From NCBI GenBank assembly GCA_963803805.1, contig CAWDOD010000010.1, forward strand, positions 32,001 through 96,000: 64,000 nt of DNA, in the 5' to 3' direction. This DNA comes from an uncultured cyanobacterium. Its GTDB lineage: Bacteria; Cyanobacteriota; Cyanobacteriia; Cyanobacteriales; CAWCAG01. The number at the start of each line of letters is the position of its first letter. Within the stretch, counting starts at the first letter, position 1. Below, piece after piece: positions 9,579-20,887 of the stretch. The notes under the pieces are model-generated. The model was not told the DNA's origin. It worked only from the letters and a program-made list of their open reading frames with translations, and searched no databases. Made by a program: the position numbers and the translations under genes.

Positions 9579-12500
9579 TCATTTATTATTAATAATTGGT
9601 CTAATAGCTAAGCTAGCTATTTGCCAAGGTACAATTTCTTCTTTTTCTTCTTTCAAAGGTTGTTCTAAACAATCTACATAACCTACATGGGCTTTGCCCA
9701 CCGTAGGTATCGCTACAGATAAATCACTTTGCAAACTTAATTTAGTTGTCTTACCTTGAGACTCATAACAGCGCAATATCCAAGTATTTTTTTCCACTTC
9801 TGCTTGTTTCAATGCCATTAAAATTAAACTTTCTCCTGGTAAATTTAACAATTGATTCATCGGAGGTAAACAAGCTGATTTTCTTTTCGCAGTTGTCTTT
9901 AATAACCAAGGTTGCAAAGGTTGATTTAATTCATAGCCTCGACGTACTACATCTGCTTTTTGCCAACTATTTTGATGGGGATAAATAGCGTAGGTGAAAT
10001 GATGTTTTCCTCTATCTGCTTTGGGATCGGGCCAGTTGGGAGAACGGAGTAAAGAAAGGCGAATTTGATTGTGTTTACTATCATAACCGTATTTACAATC
10101 ATTAAGTAAACTTACGCCATAGTTTTGCGAATCATCAGTTAAATCAGCCCACCTTAAAGCTGCTACTTCCCATTGAGCTTTTTCTGCTTCTGTTTTAGGT
10201 TGGGTGGTACGTTCAATAGCACCACAAGCTATTTCATATGTGGCAGTGTTGCTAGTTAAATTAAGAGGGAAGGCTGCTTTAACTAATACTTGATTTTCTT
10301 GCCAATTAACTATAGTTGCAATTTTTAAAATGGGTGAGTTTATTTGTAAGAAATAATCTTGAATAAATTCTGATTGACCAAATTTTTTAATTACTCGAAC
10401 ACATTGTTGTATTTCCCCTTTTTCCTGCCATTTTATAGAAATTAGTTGAGCAGGAGGTAAAAGATGTTGTTTATAATTAGGGTCAATATTCCAAGCATCC
10501 CAATATTGTCCTTTGTCTTGGAAAAATTGGAGTTGATTCCCTGCACCATTTAGAACTTGATAACCATTACTTTTGTCATAAATTTGTTGGATTTCCCCTG
10601 TTTTAGGGTTTATAATAACTTCTAAACAATCATTTTCTAAAATAAACTCTTCACTGTCTTGAACTTCTATCTTGCCATCTCCCTGACATAGCCAAAAAAG
10701 CTGATAACCAACACCGGGAATATTTTCCCCTAAGAACAACAATTTATTTTGTGAAGATAGCTGTGATTGCAACTCATTACCCGCCAAATCATAAACAGAC
10801 CAATTTCCCTCCGGTACTTCAACAGTAATAACTTCTGAACGTAACCAATTAAGAGAGTTGAAAATTACCAAAGGTTGAGCATCATATTGAGGAGGAGTTG
10901 GTAAACTAATTTGCTTGGCTATTTCTTTTAAAGCTTGTTCTTTGATTTTTACTCCCATTTCTATTACCTGTTGCCAATGGTGATTAGCTTTTGTGAAAAC
11001 CGGAGTTATAGAAGTTCCCGGTAAGATGTCATGAAATTGATTAAATAAAACTTGCTTCCAAGCAGTTTCTAATTCTTGTTGAGGATAGGGAAAATCTGTA
11101 ATTATATTAGCCAAAGAAGACCAAAGTTCAGCTTCATAAAGTAAGTTTTCACATCTACGATTATAGAGTTTTTGGTCAGCGTGGGTAGTATAGCAGCCAC
11201 GATGTAATTCTAAATAAAGTTCATTTTTCCAAATAGGCAAAGAACAATTTTCACTAATCTGCTGGAGATAATCTTTTGCTGTAGTAAACTTTAAGTTAGG
11301 GAAAAAAGGTGACTTTTGCCAACATCTTTGCACCTCTAACATATCTCTACTTGGCCCGCCGCCATGATCTCCGACACCGGGTAGCCAAAAAACATCTTTG
11401 ATGCCTGTTTGTTCCTCCCAATCTACTGCATAATTAGTTTGGGTAATGGGGTTAGTATCCATAACTCCGGTAACATTAGGAGGAGACATTAAAGTTAGTA
11501 ATTGTGTCCCGTCTAATCCTTGCCAGTGAAATAAACCGTAGGGAAATTTAGTACTATCATTCCAATGGAGTTTTTGGGTAACAAAATATTCAATTCCGCA
11601 TTGCTGGCAAATTTGAGGCAATTGCCAAGGAAAACCGAAACTATCAGTTAACCAAGCAATTTTAGTTATGTTTCCAAACTTTTCTTTAGTATATTTTTGA
11701 CCATAAAGTAACTGACGAATCAAAGATTCTCCGTTAGGAAGATTAACATCAGGTTCAACCCACATTCCTCCTAAAACTTCCCACCAGCCAGCTTTTACTG
11801 CCTCATGAATTTCTTTAAAAAGCTGAGGACGATTTTTTTCTAACCATTCATAAAGAACAGGGCTAGTGTGACAAAAAGTTAGTTCCGGGAAATCTGGTTT
11901 TAGTTTCAGTACAGAAGTAAATGTCCGTTGTGCAACCTCCCAAGTCTCCTCAACTTCCCATAACCAAGCTAGATCAAGATGGGCATGGGTTAACATTTGA
12001 ATACAACGTTGCTTTAAATTACTAGCTAAGGGGAGAAGATTTTCACGTAATTTTAATAAAGCTTGCTTAAACTCTGCTTGATTAGTAGCAAGTTGCCAAT
12101 TAATTTGAGATAATTCAGTTGCTAAGTTTGCTAATTTATTTGGCTCAAACTTTTCTAAATATTTCTGCAAAACCAACATTTCTTGAGCTACAAAGCCAGG
12201 ATTTAAGGGAGCTTCGTAAATACATTTTGCACCCATTAAAGCACCAATATCATGGCCAGGACTAACTAAACGAATAGCAACAATTAATTCTTCTTCAGGG
12301 GCTACAGATTCTCTTAATAATACCCGTGCTGAAGAATCAAATAAATCTCCTTCTTGTAATAACTTCCTATCAACATAAATTTGTGCTTCTTGCGCCCACC
12401 AAGTTAAAGCTAGTCGCAAGCTTAAACCGACTAAAGGATAAATATCTAAACTATCAGCAATAGTAATCTTTTGTGCTAACCAAATAACTTGACCACCAGC

Positions 12501-12689
12501 TCCGAAAACTATATATCCTTTTTCATTAAGTTCAACTTTTTCTCCCTGCTTGAGAATAATTAGGGGGAAACTATTACTATCAACATCTATATCATTATGA
12601 AAATAGTACCAATCCCTTTGAACATCCATCTCTGTTTGTTGACTTAACTTGGTAATGGTAGCTGCAATGTTTTGTGAGAATTGGTTCAT
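9579..12689 (-). CDS. alpha-mannosidase (GH38)
   Basis: HAHLDLAWLW, GGMWVEPD, GVGDHGGGP, LYLELHRG, NQFHDILPG. Confidence 0.95.
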   Translation of the reverse strand: MNQFSQNIAATITKLSQQTEMDVQRDWYYFHNDIDVDSNSFPLIILKQGEKVELNEKGYIVFGAGGQVIWLAQKITIADSLDIYPLVGLSLRLALTWWAQEAQIYVDRKLLQEGDLFDSSARVLLRESVAPEEELIVAIRLVSPGHDIGALMGAKCIYEAPLNPGFVAQEMLVLQKYLEKFEPNKLANLATELSQINWQLATNQAEFKQALLKLRENLLPLASNLKQRCIQMLTHAHLDLAWLWEVEETWEVAQRTFTSVLKLKPDFPELTFCHTSPVLYEWLEKNRPQLFKEIHEAVKAGWWEVLGGMWVEPDVNLPNGESLIRQLLYGQKYTKEKFGNITKIAWLTDSFGFPWQLPQICQQCGIEYFVTQKLHWNDSTKFPYGLFHWQGLDGTQLLTLMSPPNVTGVMDTNPITQTNYAVDWEEQTGIKDVFWLPGVGDHGGGPSRDMLEVQRCWQKSPFFPNLKFTTAKDYLQQISENCSLPIWKNELYLELHRGCYTTHADQKLYNRRCENLLYEAELWSSLANIITDFPYPQQELETAWKQVLFNQFHDILPGTSITPVFTKANHHWQQVIEMGVKIKEQALKEIAKQISLPTPPQYDAQPLVIFNSLNWLRSEVITVEVPEGNWSVYDLAGNELQSQLSSQNKLLFLGENIPGVGYQLFWLCQGDGKIEVQDSEEFILENDCLEVIINPKTGEIQQIYDKSNGYQVLNGAGNQLQFFQDKGQYWDAWNIDPNYKQHLLPPAQLISIKWQEKGEIQQCVRVIKKFGQSEFIQDYFLQINSPILKIATIVNWQENQVLVKAAFPLNLTSNTATYEIACGAIERTTQPKTEAEKAQWEVAALRWADLTDDSQNYGVSLLNDCKYGYDSKHNQIRLSLLRSPNWPDPKADRGKHHFTYAIYPHQNSWQKADVVRRGYELNQPLQPWLLKTTAKRKSACLPPMNQLLNLPGESLILMALKQAEVEKNTWILRCYESQGKTTKLSLQSDLSVAIPTVGKAHVGYVDCLEQPLKEEKEEIVPWQIASLAIRPIINNK

Positions 12690-13064
12690 ACTAGATCAAA
12701 TTTATAGAGACTTGCTAAGGCTATTGAGACGAAAAATTACAATTTATGTTATAATTATCTCACTAAGATAAAATTTTCTATTAACTAGTTCTTTTTGCAG
12801 TTGGAGTAGGGCAGGGAGCTTTCCTGATTTGATGGAAGGTAAACATTTAACCTGACCAATTTTTATATCGCCTATTGTCTAGCCCCATAATTGAACAGCA
12901 AACAGCTTATTTTCTCTTTAGGTTTAAGTTATTGAAGCTTTTTGGGTAAGCTAGGTCGTAGAGAAAATCTAACTTTGCTCTGTTTTCTAGCGTTGGCGCA
13001 AGTTTAATTGGGCTTTTAATAAAAACTAAAGTCATCAAGAAAATATTGGTGAGGTCAATATTAT

Positions 13065-13343
13065 ATGTGGAAGAAGATACTCATAGCCTTAATTTGTTTA
13101 GAAATAGTTTTAGTAACTGTCTTAAGAAATACTCCAGTTAACGCTACTATTAGCGATCCGGCTACCTACACTTGGGATTTTCGGAGAGTTGGTAGCGAAC
13201 AAGTAGTGTGCAAGGAAGTAATGATTCATCCAGGTAAAAGATTTGTACCGAAATCTTCCGATAAACAATCTATTAAGGTAGACTCTCAAATTGTCGCAGA
13301 TAGCTATTGTGCTAACTTAACCAAACCCATTGTTGCTAAGTAA
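13065..13343 (+). CDS. small secreted hypothetical protein
   Basis: Signal-peptide-like N-terminus, two Cys in the mature part, GAGG upstream. Confidence 0.6.
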   Translation: MWKKILIALICLEIVLVTVLRNTPVNATISDPATYTWDFRRVGSEQVVCKEVMIHPGKRFVPKSSDKQSIKVDSQIVADSYCANLTKPIVAK

Positions 13344-13347
13344 TTAG

Positions 13348-13407
13348 AAAAGAAGGCTGCTCATGATTTAAGATTTAATTACCTCTTACCCTAAGCAGCC
13401 TTCTTTT
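13348..13407. terminator. 14-bp inverted repeat with T-tail, possible terminator
   Basis: AAAAGAAGGCTGCT ... AGCAGCCTTCTTTT with a ~32-nt loop, right after the stop at 13343. Confidence 0.4.
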
Positions 13408-13418
13408 AATTTATTTCT

Positions 13419-14309
13419 ATGGGAGTTAATAATTCTCCTAAACATTCTTCACTTGAATCAATCATCAACCAAGCTAAGGAAGAACTACTTTCTCCTCAGC
13501 AATTTTATAGCCTTTGTCAAGAGCAAATTAAAGCTAAGCAAAAGCTTTACTTTTTATCTCCCTCTCCTCATGTCCTTGACCTTAATTCAGGAATTAATGA
13601 AGAGAGGTTTTTCCTTTTCTGTGATTACTTAGCTAACTATTTGCGTTCTCCTAATTTAAAACAAAAGCAAATAATTTTCTATTTACAGAAGGTGGTAATT
13701 AGGATTAAGGGGCAAAGCAAATTAGTAACGCGAGTCACTCAAAGTAATTATCTGCCTCACAAAAGCCTATCTTCCCGTTTAAAAATCGTCGTAGAAATAG
13801 TAGGTAAAGGCATGGTTGGAAAAGTTGCCCGCCTTAAGATTAATGATAGCCAAGAAATTGCTTTTAAAGCTTTTTTTGATCCCGATTTTGTTTGGCATCA
13901 TGGCCCTTGGGGAGAAATTCCCATAGGTATATATTTAACTAGCAATCAAGTAACTAAAGATATACCTAAGTTCTATTTTGCAGGACAAACTTGGGCGGTA
14001 TGGGAATGGATTGCCAGAGAAGAAAAACCCCAAAGCAGAATAGGTATAACCTACGAAGAATTTGCTCAACAGCAAAATTTAACCAAGCTTAATGCCTTAA
14101 ATAGAAGTAATTATAATCTCTATAACATTCGCCTAGATTTAGGGGGAATTCAAAAGAGAACTTGGGGTAGATATTGGCAAAACCTGCTTCAAGGAACTAA
14201 TTTTTATCTTCGTAAAGGAAAAAGAGAAGGAATATCTTCTTTGACAATCTATTTCCACCCTAAACATTTACGTTATCTTTTGTGGCGATTAAAAAGAGAA
14301 ATTTGGTGA
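13419..14309 (+). CDS. hypothetical protein with degenerate protein-kinase-like motifs
   Basis: VGKGMVGKV Gly-rich loop, IAFK lysine, RLDLGG. Confidence 0.55.
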   Translation: MGVNNSPKHSSLESIINQAKEELLSPQQFYSLCQEQIKAKQKLYFLSPSPHVLDLNSGINEERFFLFCDYLANYLRSPNLKQKQIIFYLQKVVIRIKGQSKLVTRVTQSNYLPHKSLSSRLKIVVEIVGKGMVGKVARLKINDSQEIAFKAFFDPDFVWHHGPWGEIPIGIYLTSNQVTKDIPKFYFAGQTWAVWEWIAREEKPQSRIGITYEEFAQQQNLTKLNALNRSNYNLYNIRLDLGGIQKRTWGRYWQNLLQGTNFYLRKGKREGISSLTIYFHPKHLRYLLWRLKREIW

Positions 14310-14360
14310 AAAGTCGGAAGCCGAATCGATAGTGAGGGAACTATAGCTAACAGATTAATT

Positions 14361-16037
14361 TTAATTGGTATAACTTCTTGTTTTATAAAAGAAACGCTCT
14401 TTTAGCTTGCCAGAATCAGGGCCAGAAGGCGCTTTAAGAAAGTTCCATTGCCATTTTTGAATTTCATAAGCAACTATGTGATCTTCCGATGGTAGACTGC
14501 GATTATAAGTGGTAGCGCTAATATCAAGATATTTCTTACAAACATTTACTTTAGCCGGATCAAAGCAAAATTTGCGAGTAACTCGTTTATAACGACCATT
14601 TTTCATTGCACCAATCGCCTGTTCTAAATAGGCTTTCGTCGTTTCTCCTGACTGACGATGGGCTAAAACTTTGTAATACTCAATCTCTCCTGTAGTGTTT
14701 GAACCAGAATACATTTGCCAAGCAGTGATGGGATAAAACTCAACTCGATAAACCCAAGTGAGGAGGAGAAAGACGCTTAAGGTGGTTACGAGTAAAGGGT
14801 AGTATAAGTTAGGCAAGAAAGCTCTTTTCGGTAAAGATTCCCTGGTTATTAAAAGGCGATCGCGCTTTAACTTTCGACTAATTGCTTGACGAATTTTGGT
14901 AAAATCGTAGTAGATAAGTTGCAAAATAATTAAATCGAAAAAAGCAATATTTTGTAGTAAAAAGATGCCAGTGTGCATCATCGCCATTAAGGGAGGAAAG
15001 ATGCGTCTTGCTAGTTTGGAAAAGAGAACACTAGCGTAGAAAAGTTCGCCAAATAAACCAGCTATTCCTAATAAAATAAATAGTAATTTGGGGGCAGAAA
15101 TGAGATTCAAACCTAATCCCCAATCCACCCTAGCAGGATTGAGAGCATCTGTGAATACAATCGTTCTCATATTAGTAGCATTCCACCAAAAAAAGCCCCC
15201 TTTAGTAAGTTTGCTCAAAGCCGCAGCGAGATAAACCATAGCCAAAACTACCCAACAAGCATAGCGTGACCAACCATAAATAGGGTCATATTCGTCAGCT
15301 TTTGGTACAGTTTTGCCTTGGCGAATTTTCCAGAATCTATCTACTGATAAACCATCTCCACAGGGGGTAAAAGCCAGGACAAATATTAAGTAAAGAGGAA
15401 CAATTCCTGCATGGCCAAAATGTTCGTATTGACGAATAATTCCTCCAAATATACAGTAAAGAATTCCTCCTAAAGGAAGTACCCATTTTGTCTGCCAGCC
15501 AATAGTTGCCAGAAATAATATTAATACTGTTAGCCACTTGAAAATTTGTAAGGCTGCGTAGCTATCAGTAAAAGCATCAAACCCAATAGGTAAGGCATAA
15601 AAAATCTCCATCGTACCCATGAATACGCGCATCTGGCTAGGAAGTAAAGCACTGCTAGCAATTTCTTCCCAAAGGGCGCTAGCTAAAAGAAATCCACAGG
15701 TAATAATTCTGATTGAACCTAAAGTTTCTGGGGTTGCTTTACCAACAAACTTGGTAAAGAAAGTTTTACTAGTAGTTACTAAGGCAATAAAACCAAAAGC
15801 AAGAAAGAAAATTAGACCTGCTTCGGTTAATGTATCCAAACGCCATAGTAATCGGTCGAGGGGTCTATTTAATCCTAAAATAATGTTACCAACAACAGGT
15901 AAACCTTGATCACTATAAGCTGCCTGAAGAAGAGGACGTATAATCAGTTTAGCTACAGCAATCCAGATAATTCCTGATAAAGCTGCACTAAAGCATAGCC
16001 AGAAACGAAATTGACGCTTTTTAAAATTGATCTTCAT
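14361..16037 (-). CDS. HTTM-domain multi-pass membrane protein
   Basis: Many TM helices; PCGDGLSVD, YLAAALSKL, FYPITAWQMYS. Confidence 0.75.
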   Translation of the reverse strand: MKINFKKRQFRFWLCFSAALSGIIWIAVAKLIIRPLLQAAYSDQGLPVVGNIILGLNRPLDRLLWRLDTLTEAGLIFFLAFGFIALVTTSKTFFTKFVGKATPETLGSIRIITCGFLLASALWEEIASSALLPSQMRVFMGTMEIFYALPIGFDAFTDSYAALQIFKWLTVLILFLATIGWQTKWVLPLGGILYCIFGGIIRQYEHFGHAGIVPLYLIFVLAFTPCGDGLSVDRFWKIRQGKTVPKADEYDPIYGWSRYACWVVLAMVYLAAALSKLTKGGFFWWNATNMRTIVFTDALNPARVDWGLGLNLISAPKLLFILLGIAGLFGELFYASVLFSKLARRIFPPLMAMMHTGIFLLQNIAFFDLIILQLIYYDFTKIRQAISRKLKRDRLLITRESLPKRAFLPNLYYPLLVTTLSVFLLLTWVYRVEFYPITAWQMYSGSNTTGEIEYYKVLAHRQSGETTKAYLEQAIGAMKNGRYKRVTRKFCFDPAKVNVCKKYLDISATTYNRSLPSEDHIVAYEIQKWQWNFLKAPSGPDSGKLKERFFYKTRSYTN

Positions 16038-17654
16038 TCAATTTTCTACTTTTTCTTTGCTATATACTCTTATTTCTGGGTTAATCTTATCTAAGTTAGT
16101 ATCGTGATAAGTTAATTTTTTGTCAGGTTTTAATAAGTTCCAGGTTGGTTGAGATTGATACTTTAGTACCAACTTGTAACCGTATTTTTCTTCTTTTAGA
16201 CTATTAAAGAAATCATATCTAGTTGTTCCAGGTTTAGAACGGCGAATATCAAAAGAACTGGTAGTTATTATATAGTCAGGATTAACTTCTAACAAGTAAT
16301 CATTACTTAGGGAGGGTGATCGCGTATTCATAACCTCATCGTAGATTTCTAATCTTGGTAAATATTCTTGTTGACCAATACTCAAGATTAAATCACTATC
16401 ACTAATATTTTTGCTCAACCATTTTTCTACATAATATCGAGAATCTTGACTCATTAAGATATTAACGGAACTTGAATAAGCTAAAGTATAAGCAAATAAT
16501 ATACTAACGGCAAAAGCCATAAACTTGAAATACTTATAGTTAGGACGCAATAATTTTTTTAGTAAATGAGCGCCAAAAAAAGTTAGAACAATGCAAACAG
16601 GAAGAGTAAAGCGATCTCGGACATAAGCAATGTAACTAATATAAAATAAGTAGTAAGATAAAATCGGCACTAAAGTAGATAATAGTAAATAGTTTTTCTT
16701 TTTTCTTACCAAAGAGTTTATTAACCCTACTAAACAAACTACAAACATTGGTCTACCGAAAGAAAAGCTTGTTAGTTTTAAAGTCTGTCCTAATAATTTT
16801 AAGTTTTCGCTGATTCCCCCTTTAAAAGTTTTAGGGGCATCTCCTGCTTGTTCTGTCAGTAGTTTTACATGAGCTATAAATCCTGACCAGTTAAAAAGGA
16901 TGTTATGTAATAGGAAAAACAGTCCTACTGAAAGCAATAGAGAAAAGATAATTTTTTTGTCGATTAGAGACTGCCATAGCTGAACATTTTTCTGCTTTTG
17001 TTTTTGACTTACATGGTGAATTATGATGATAAATAGAGGAGTCAGGACATAAAAACCATAGGCTTGGTCTTTTGTACAAATAGAAATAACCGCCGCTCCT
17101 GAAAATAATAAATAATCTCTAAGTTTTTGGTATTTCAAAATTCTGAGATAAAATAGCAAAGATAAAACAAACCAAAAAACGTAGGGGATTTCTAAATTTG
17201 TGGTTTTAGAAAAATAGACAAAAGGGCAAATTAAAGCAGTCATTAAAGCTGCCAAGAAAGAAGTCCTTGCTTCATAAATTTCCTTGCCACATAAATATAC
17301 TAAAAAAATAATTCCGATTCCCATAAATACGCTGACAAATCTTTGTAGATAAAAAAGCAGCGTATAGGTTGGTAAGCTATTAATATCTACTAAGTTTAAC
17401 CAATCAAAAAGTAAAATTGGCAAATAAGTAACGGTTAATAAATAATAGTGAAAGGGTGGATATTTATAATGCCAGCCATGAGAAAAATTAGCATCAATAC
17501 CACTCAAAACTTGTTGAGGAATTATTTCATCGATTGCCCAACCATGATAACTTGGTAATCCCCACCAAATTCCCCAGCAATTGAGTATCAAGCTGCAAAG
17601 TAGTAAACTTGAAACTGCCGCATTTATAGTTACTTTTAGCTTAGTTGATTTCAT
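16038..17654 (-). CDS. GT-C / PMT-like (GT39/ArnT-like) glycosyltransferase
   Basis: WAIDE, KYPPFH, ICTKDQ, multiple TM helices. Confidence 0.8.
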   Translation of the reverse strand: MKSTKLKVTINAAVSSLLLCSLILNCWGIWWGLPSYHGWAIDEIIPQQVLSGIDANFSHGWHYKYPPFHYYLLTVTYLPILLFDWLNLVDINSLPTYTLLFYLQRFVSVFMGIGIIFLVYLCGKEIYEARTSFLAALMTALICPFVYFSKTTNLEIPYVFWFVLSLLFYLRILKYQKLRDYLLFSGAAVISICTKDQAYGFYVLTPLFIIIIHHVSQKQKQKNVQLWQSLIDKKIIFSLLLSVGLFFLLHNILFNWSGFIAHVKLLTEQAGDAPKTFKGGISENLKLLGQTLKLTSFSFGRPMFVVCLVGLINSLVRKKKNYLLLSTLVPILSYYLFYISYIAYVRDRFTLPVCIVLTFFGAHLLKKLLRPNYKYFKFMAFAVSILFAYTLAYSSSVNILMSQDSRYYVEKWLSKNISDSDLILSIGQQEYLPRLEIYDEVMNTRSPSLSNDYLLEVNPDYIITTSSFDIRRSKPGTTRYDFFNSLKEEKYGYKLVLKYQSQPTWNLLKPDKKLTYHDTNLDKINPEIRVYSKEKVEN

Positions 17655-17823
17655 TACTTGAAAGCGCTTATGAAGTTATCACCCTACTAGTAAACCAAAT
17701 AAATGAACTAAGAAGAGATAGTGTTTTTAATGCCAAATTCCCCTTCCCCCGTCAATTTAAAATTGACAGGCTACTAAGGAGGATAAATGTTTAATGGCAA
17801 ATGATAAATGATCTGAGTTACCT

Positions 17824-19680
17824 ATGAGAATTTTATTGATTGATAATGATAAAACTTTAATTGATTTACTTCAGAGAATTCTTACAGAACAAAATTATGT
17901 CATTGATGCAGTCACTGATGGAGAGCAAGGCTGGATATACGGTTCAACCTATAGTTATGATCTCATTATCCTGGATTGGTCTTTACCCAAACTAGATGGA
18001 GTGAGTTTGTGTAAGCGTTTTCGCGCTTCTGATTATGATATGCCTATTCTGCTATTAACAGCACGTAATAGTAGTCAAGATAAGGTTCAAGGACTTGATG
18101 CCGGGGCAGATGATTATCTGTGCAAACCTTTTGATACTGAAGAATTGGCAGCACGTATTCGTGCTTTATTGCGTCGCCTCAATTCTGATTTCCTTTCTGT
18201 GTTGAGTTGGGGAAATATCAAACTAGATCCTTGTAGCGGTGAAGTAACCTATAAAGACCAATTATTGTCTTTAACTGCTAAAGAGTATGGATTATTAGAG
18301 TTATTTTTGCGTCACCCTCAAGAAGTTTTAAGCATAGAAGAAATTATTGAAAGCTTGTGGTCATCAACAGAATACCCTGCTGAGGCGACAGTTCGTTCTC
18401 ACCTTAGACGGTTACGCAAGAAACTCAAAAAAGCGGGCTTAACAGAAGATCCTATTGCCACGTTGCAAGGACGAGGATATTGTTTAAAATCTCTATCTAG
18501 GGGGAAGAATATTGAAGAGACGACTTCATCAATACAGCCAGAAAGTCACACAAGTAAGCGATCGCAGCATTTAGCAGCCCTAACCACAGCTTGGGAAAGA
18601 TATCAGTATAAAAGTAACCAACAGTTAGCTAATTTGGACTCAGCTATAAAAGCTTTGCACCAAGGCAAGCTTGAGACAGGCGATCGCCTGAGTGCCATGG
18701 CAACGGCTCATAGTTTAGCCGGGAATTTAGGACTATTTGGTTTTGAGGGAAGTTCCCAATTGGCTAAAAAAATAGAACAACTATTACAAACTGATCTGCG
18801 TAAAGATTCTCAACAAATCATACAGTTACAAACTATCTTCGATACTTTACGTCAGGAACTAGTTACTGAAGATCATCTTTCAGAGCAAATATCTTGCCAA
18901 CTAGAAGCAAATTCTCCTTTATTATTGATCATTGATGATGATACAAAATTTACTGAACGTTTAGGTCAAGAAGCTACTAGTTTTAGTATCCAAACTGCCA
19001 TTGTTCCGACAACAGAACTAGCTAAAAATTATCTAGAAGGAGAACTTCCTAGTGTAGTTCTTTTGAAAATTGCTTTTGAAGAATCAACATCTCATTCTAT
19101 ATTGCGAGAGGAGCGTCTATCTTTAATTGCTGAATTTAAGTTAATAGAACCATCAATACCGGTAATTGTGCTTGCTGATTGCGATCGCCTGCAAGATCGT
19201 TTACAAGTAGTGCGACATGGAGGTTCCTTTTTTCTAAAACAGCCTATGACTCCTAGGCAAATCATCTCTTTTTGCCAGAGAGTTTTGGAGCGTTCTTACC
19301 AAAATAAAAAAGTAATGATTGTCGATGACGACATAGAATTACTCCGAGTTTTACCTTCTATGTTACAACCTTGGGGTTTCAAGTTAACTACCTTAGATGA
19401 TCCGAGGCAATTCTGGGATGTGATTCAATCGGTACTTCCTGATGTCTTAGTACTAGATATAGAAATGCCTCATTTTAGTGGCATCGAATTGTGTAAAATG
19501 CTGCGAACTTATTCTTATTGGCGTAAGATACCCATTTTATTTCTTACCGTCCATACAGATAGATCGATGCAGGATCTGGTTTTTGCTAGCGGTGCTGATG
19601 ACTTTATTAATAAACCTATTGTTGGTAAAAAACTAGCAGAACGTATTATTAATCGTCTTGAGAGAATATTTGAGAGGTAA
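17824..19680 (+). CDS. multi-domain response regulator (REC-wHTH-HPt-REC-REC)
   Basis: OmpR-like N-terminus, AHSLAGNLG HPt, two C-terminal REC domains. Confidence 0.9.
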   Translation: MRILLIDNDKTLIDLLQRILTEQNYVIDAVTDGEQGWIYGSTYSYDLIILDWSLPKLDGVSLCKRFRASDYDMPILLLTARNSSQDKVQGLDAGADDYLCKPFDTEELAARIRALLRRLNSDFLSVLSWGNIKLDPCSGEVTYKDQLLSLTAKEYGLLELFLRHPQEVLSIEEIIESLWSSTEYPAEATVRSHLRRLRKKLKKAGLTEDPIATLQGRGYCLKSLSRGKNIEETTSSIQPESHTSKRSQHLAALTTAWERYQYKSNQQLANLDSAIKALHQGKLETGDRLSAMATAHSLAGNLGLFGFEGSSQLAKKIEQLLQTDLRKDSQQIIQLQTIFDTLRQELVTEDHLSEQISCQLEANSPLLLIIDDDTKFTERLGQEATSFSIQTAIVPTTELAKNYLEGELPSVVLLKIAFEESTSHSILREERLSLIAEFKLIEPSIPVIVLADCDRLQDRLQVVRHGGSFFLKQPMTPRQIISFCQRVLERSYQNKKVMIVDDDIELLRVLPSMLQPWGFKLTTLDDPRQFWDVIQSVLPDVLVLDIEMPHFSGIELCKMLRTYSYWRKIPILFLTVHTDRSMQDLVFASGADDFINKPIVGKKLAERIINRLERIFER

Positions 19681-19756
19681 TATCATTGCTCATTTTGGCA
19701 AAAAAAAATGGATAAGTTAGTATCGTGTTTGACTAACATAAATCCTCTTCTAAAAA

Positions 19757-20881
19757 ATGGCTAAAAACTCATATCCTCCTTTTAGCATCATTGTAGAAAC
19801 AGAAAATCTTCTTACCGCAAGTGTAGAAGAGTTTAGAGTCGCACTCTCTTCATTGATAAATCAAGATATTCCTTTGACATCAGCAAAAGAGGTAATTCTT
19901 CTGTGCGGTAACAATGTTTCTGATGAAATAAGCAAAGAAATCACCACTACCAATCCCTGGATTAAAACTGTTCAAATCCCTGATTCTTTAGGTTATTACG
20001 AAGTAAAATCCTATGGCTCTCAAATAGCTACAGGAGATATTCTTGTTTATGCTGATTTAGATTGTCAGTATGACCCTTGTTGGTTAAGGTCTTTACTAGA
20101 ATCTTTTACAACCAATGAGGGTATTGATATTGTTGCCGGGGAAACAGTTATTGCTGTTAAAAACCCCTATTCTATGGCCTTGGCGGTTAACTATATGCTG
20201 CATCGCCAAAAAACGCAGCAGCAACTACATTCTAGCTCTTACCCGATATATTACATCAATAACGTTGCTTTTAAGCGAGAAGTCTTATTAAAGTATCCCA
20301 TTCCCGAAAGACTTCCCATTTTTAGAGGTAGTTGCAGTATTCACGCCAGGATTTTAAAGCAAAATGGCCATACTATCTGGAAACAACCTTTAGCCAAAGC
20401 AATACACGCTACACCTAATAGTTTGACGAATTATTTATGGCGTTTCCTTTTAATGGGCCATGATAACTACTGGTTAGATATTTTGTATGATCAAATCAAG
20501 AAACAAAAACTTCAGCTATCTGCTACTTCATCTACATCAAAAGTAGATGCCACTCCAAAATCTGACAACTCAGATAAAAAATTTAAGCCCAAACCTTTAC
20601 ATTTTAGAGTGGCTAACAAACTTAACTATATCCTCAGCCAAACAAAAATTTACCTCCAAGATGCTCCCCATACAAGCATTTATCTTCCCTTAGCACTGCC
20701 GATCATCTTTCTGTCGCAATTGCTCATGTTATTGGGAAGATTGATTACTAAATATAACTCTCACTATCTGCTTAAGACTTATTTAGATAAATTTGAGCCA
20801 GCTTATAGTAAAACACTCAAATTCGACTCTTTGCCCGAAGATGCTAAACATTTCCAACTCAAAGAAGTGATTTGTAAATAA
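19757..20881 (+). CDS. glycosyltransferase family 2
   Basis: ATGDILVYADLDC DxD motif. Confidence 0.8.
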   Translation: MAKNSYPPFSIIVETENLLTASVEEFRVALSSLINQDIPLTSAKEVILLCGNNVSDEISKEITTTNPWIKTVQIPDSLGYYEVKSYGSQIATGDILVYADLDCQYDPCWLRSLLESFTTNEGIDIVAGETVIAVKNPYSMALAVNYMLHRQKTQQQLHSSSYPIYYINNVAFKREVLLKYPIPERLPIFRGSCSIHARILKQNGHTIWKQPLAKAIHATPNSLTNYLWRFLLMGHDNYWLDILYDQIKKQKLQLSATSSTSKVDATPKSDNSDKKFKPKPLHFRVANKLNYILSQTKIYLQDAPHTSIYLPLALPIIFLSQLLMLLGRLITKYNSHYLLKTYLDKFEPAYSKTLKFDSLPEDAKHFQLKEVICK

Positions 20882-20887
20882 AGTTTT

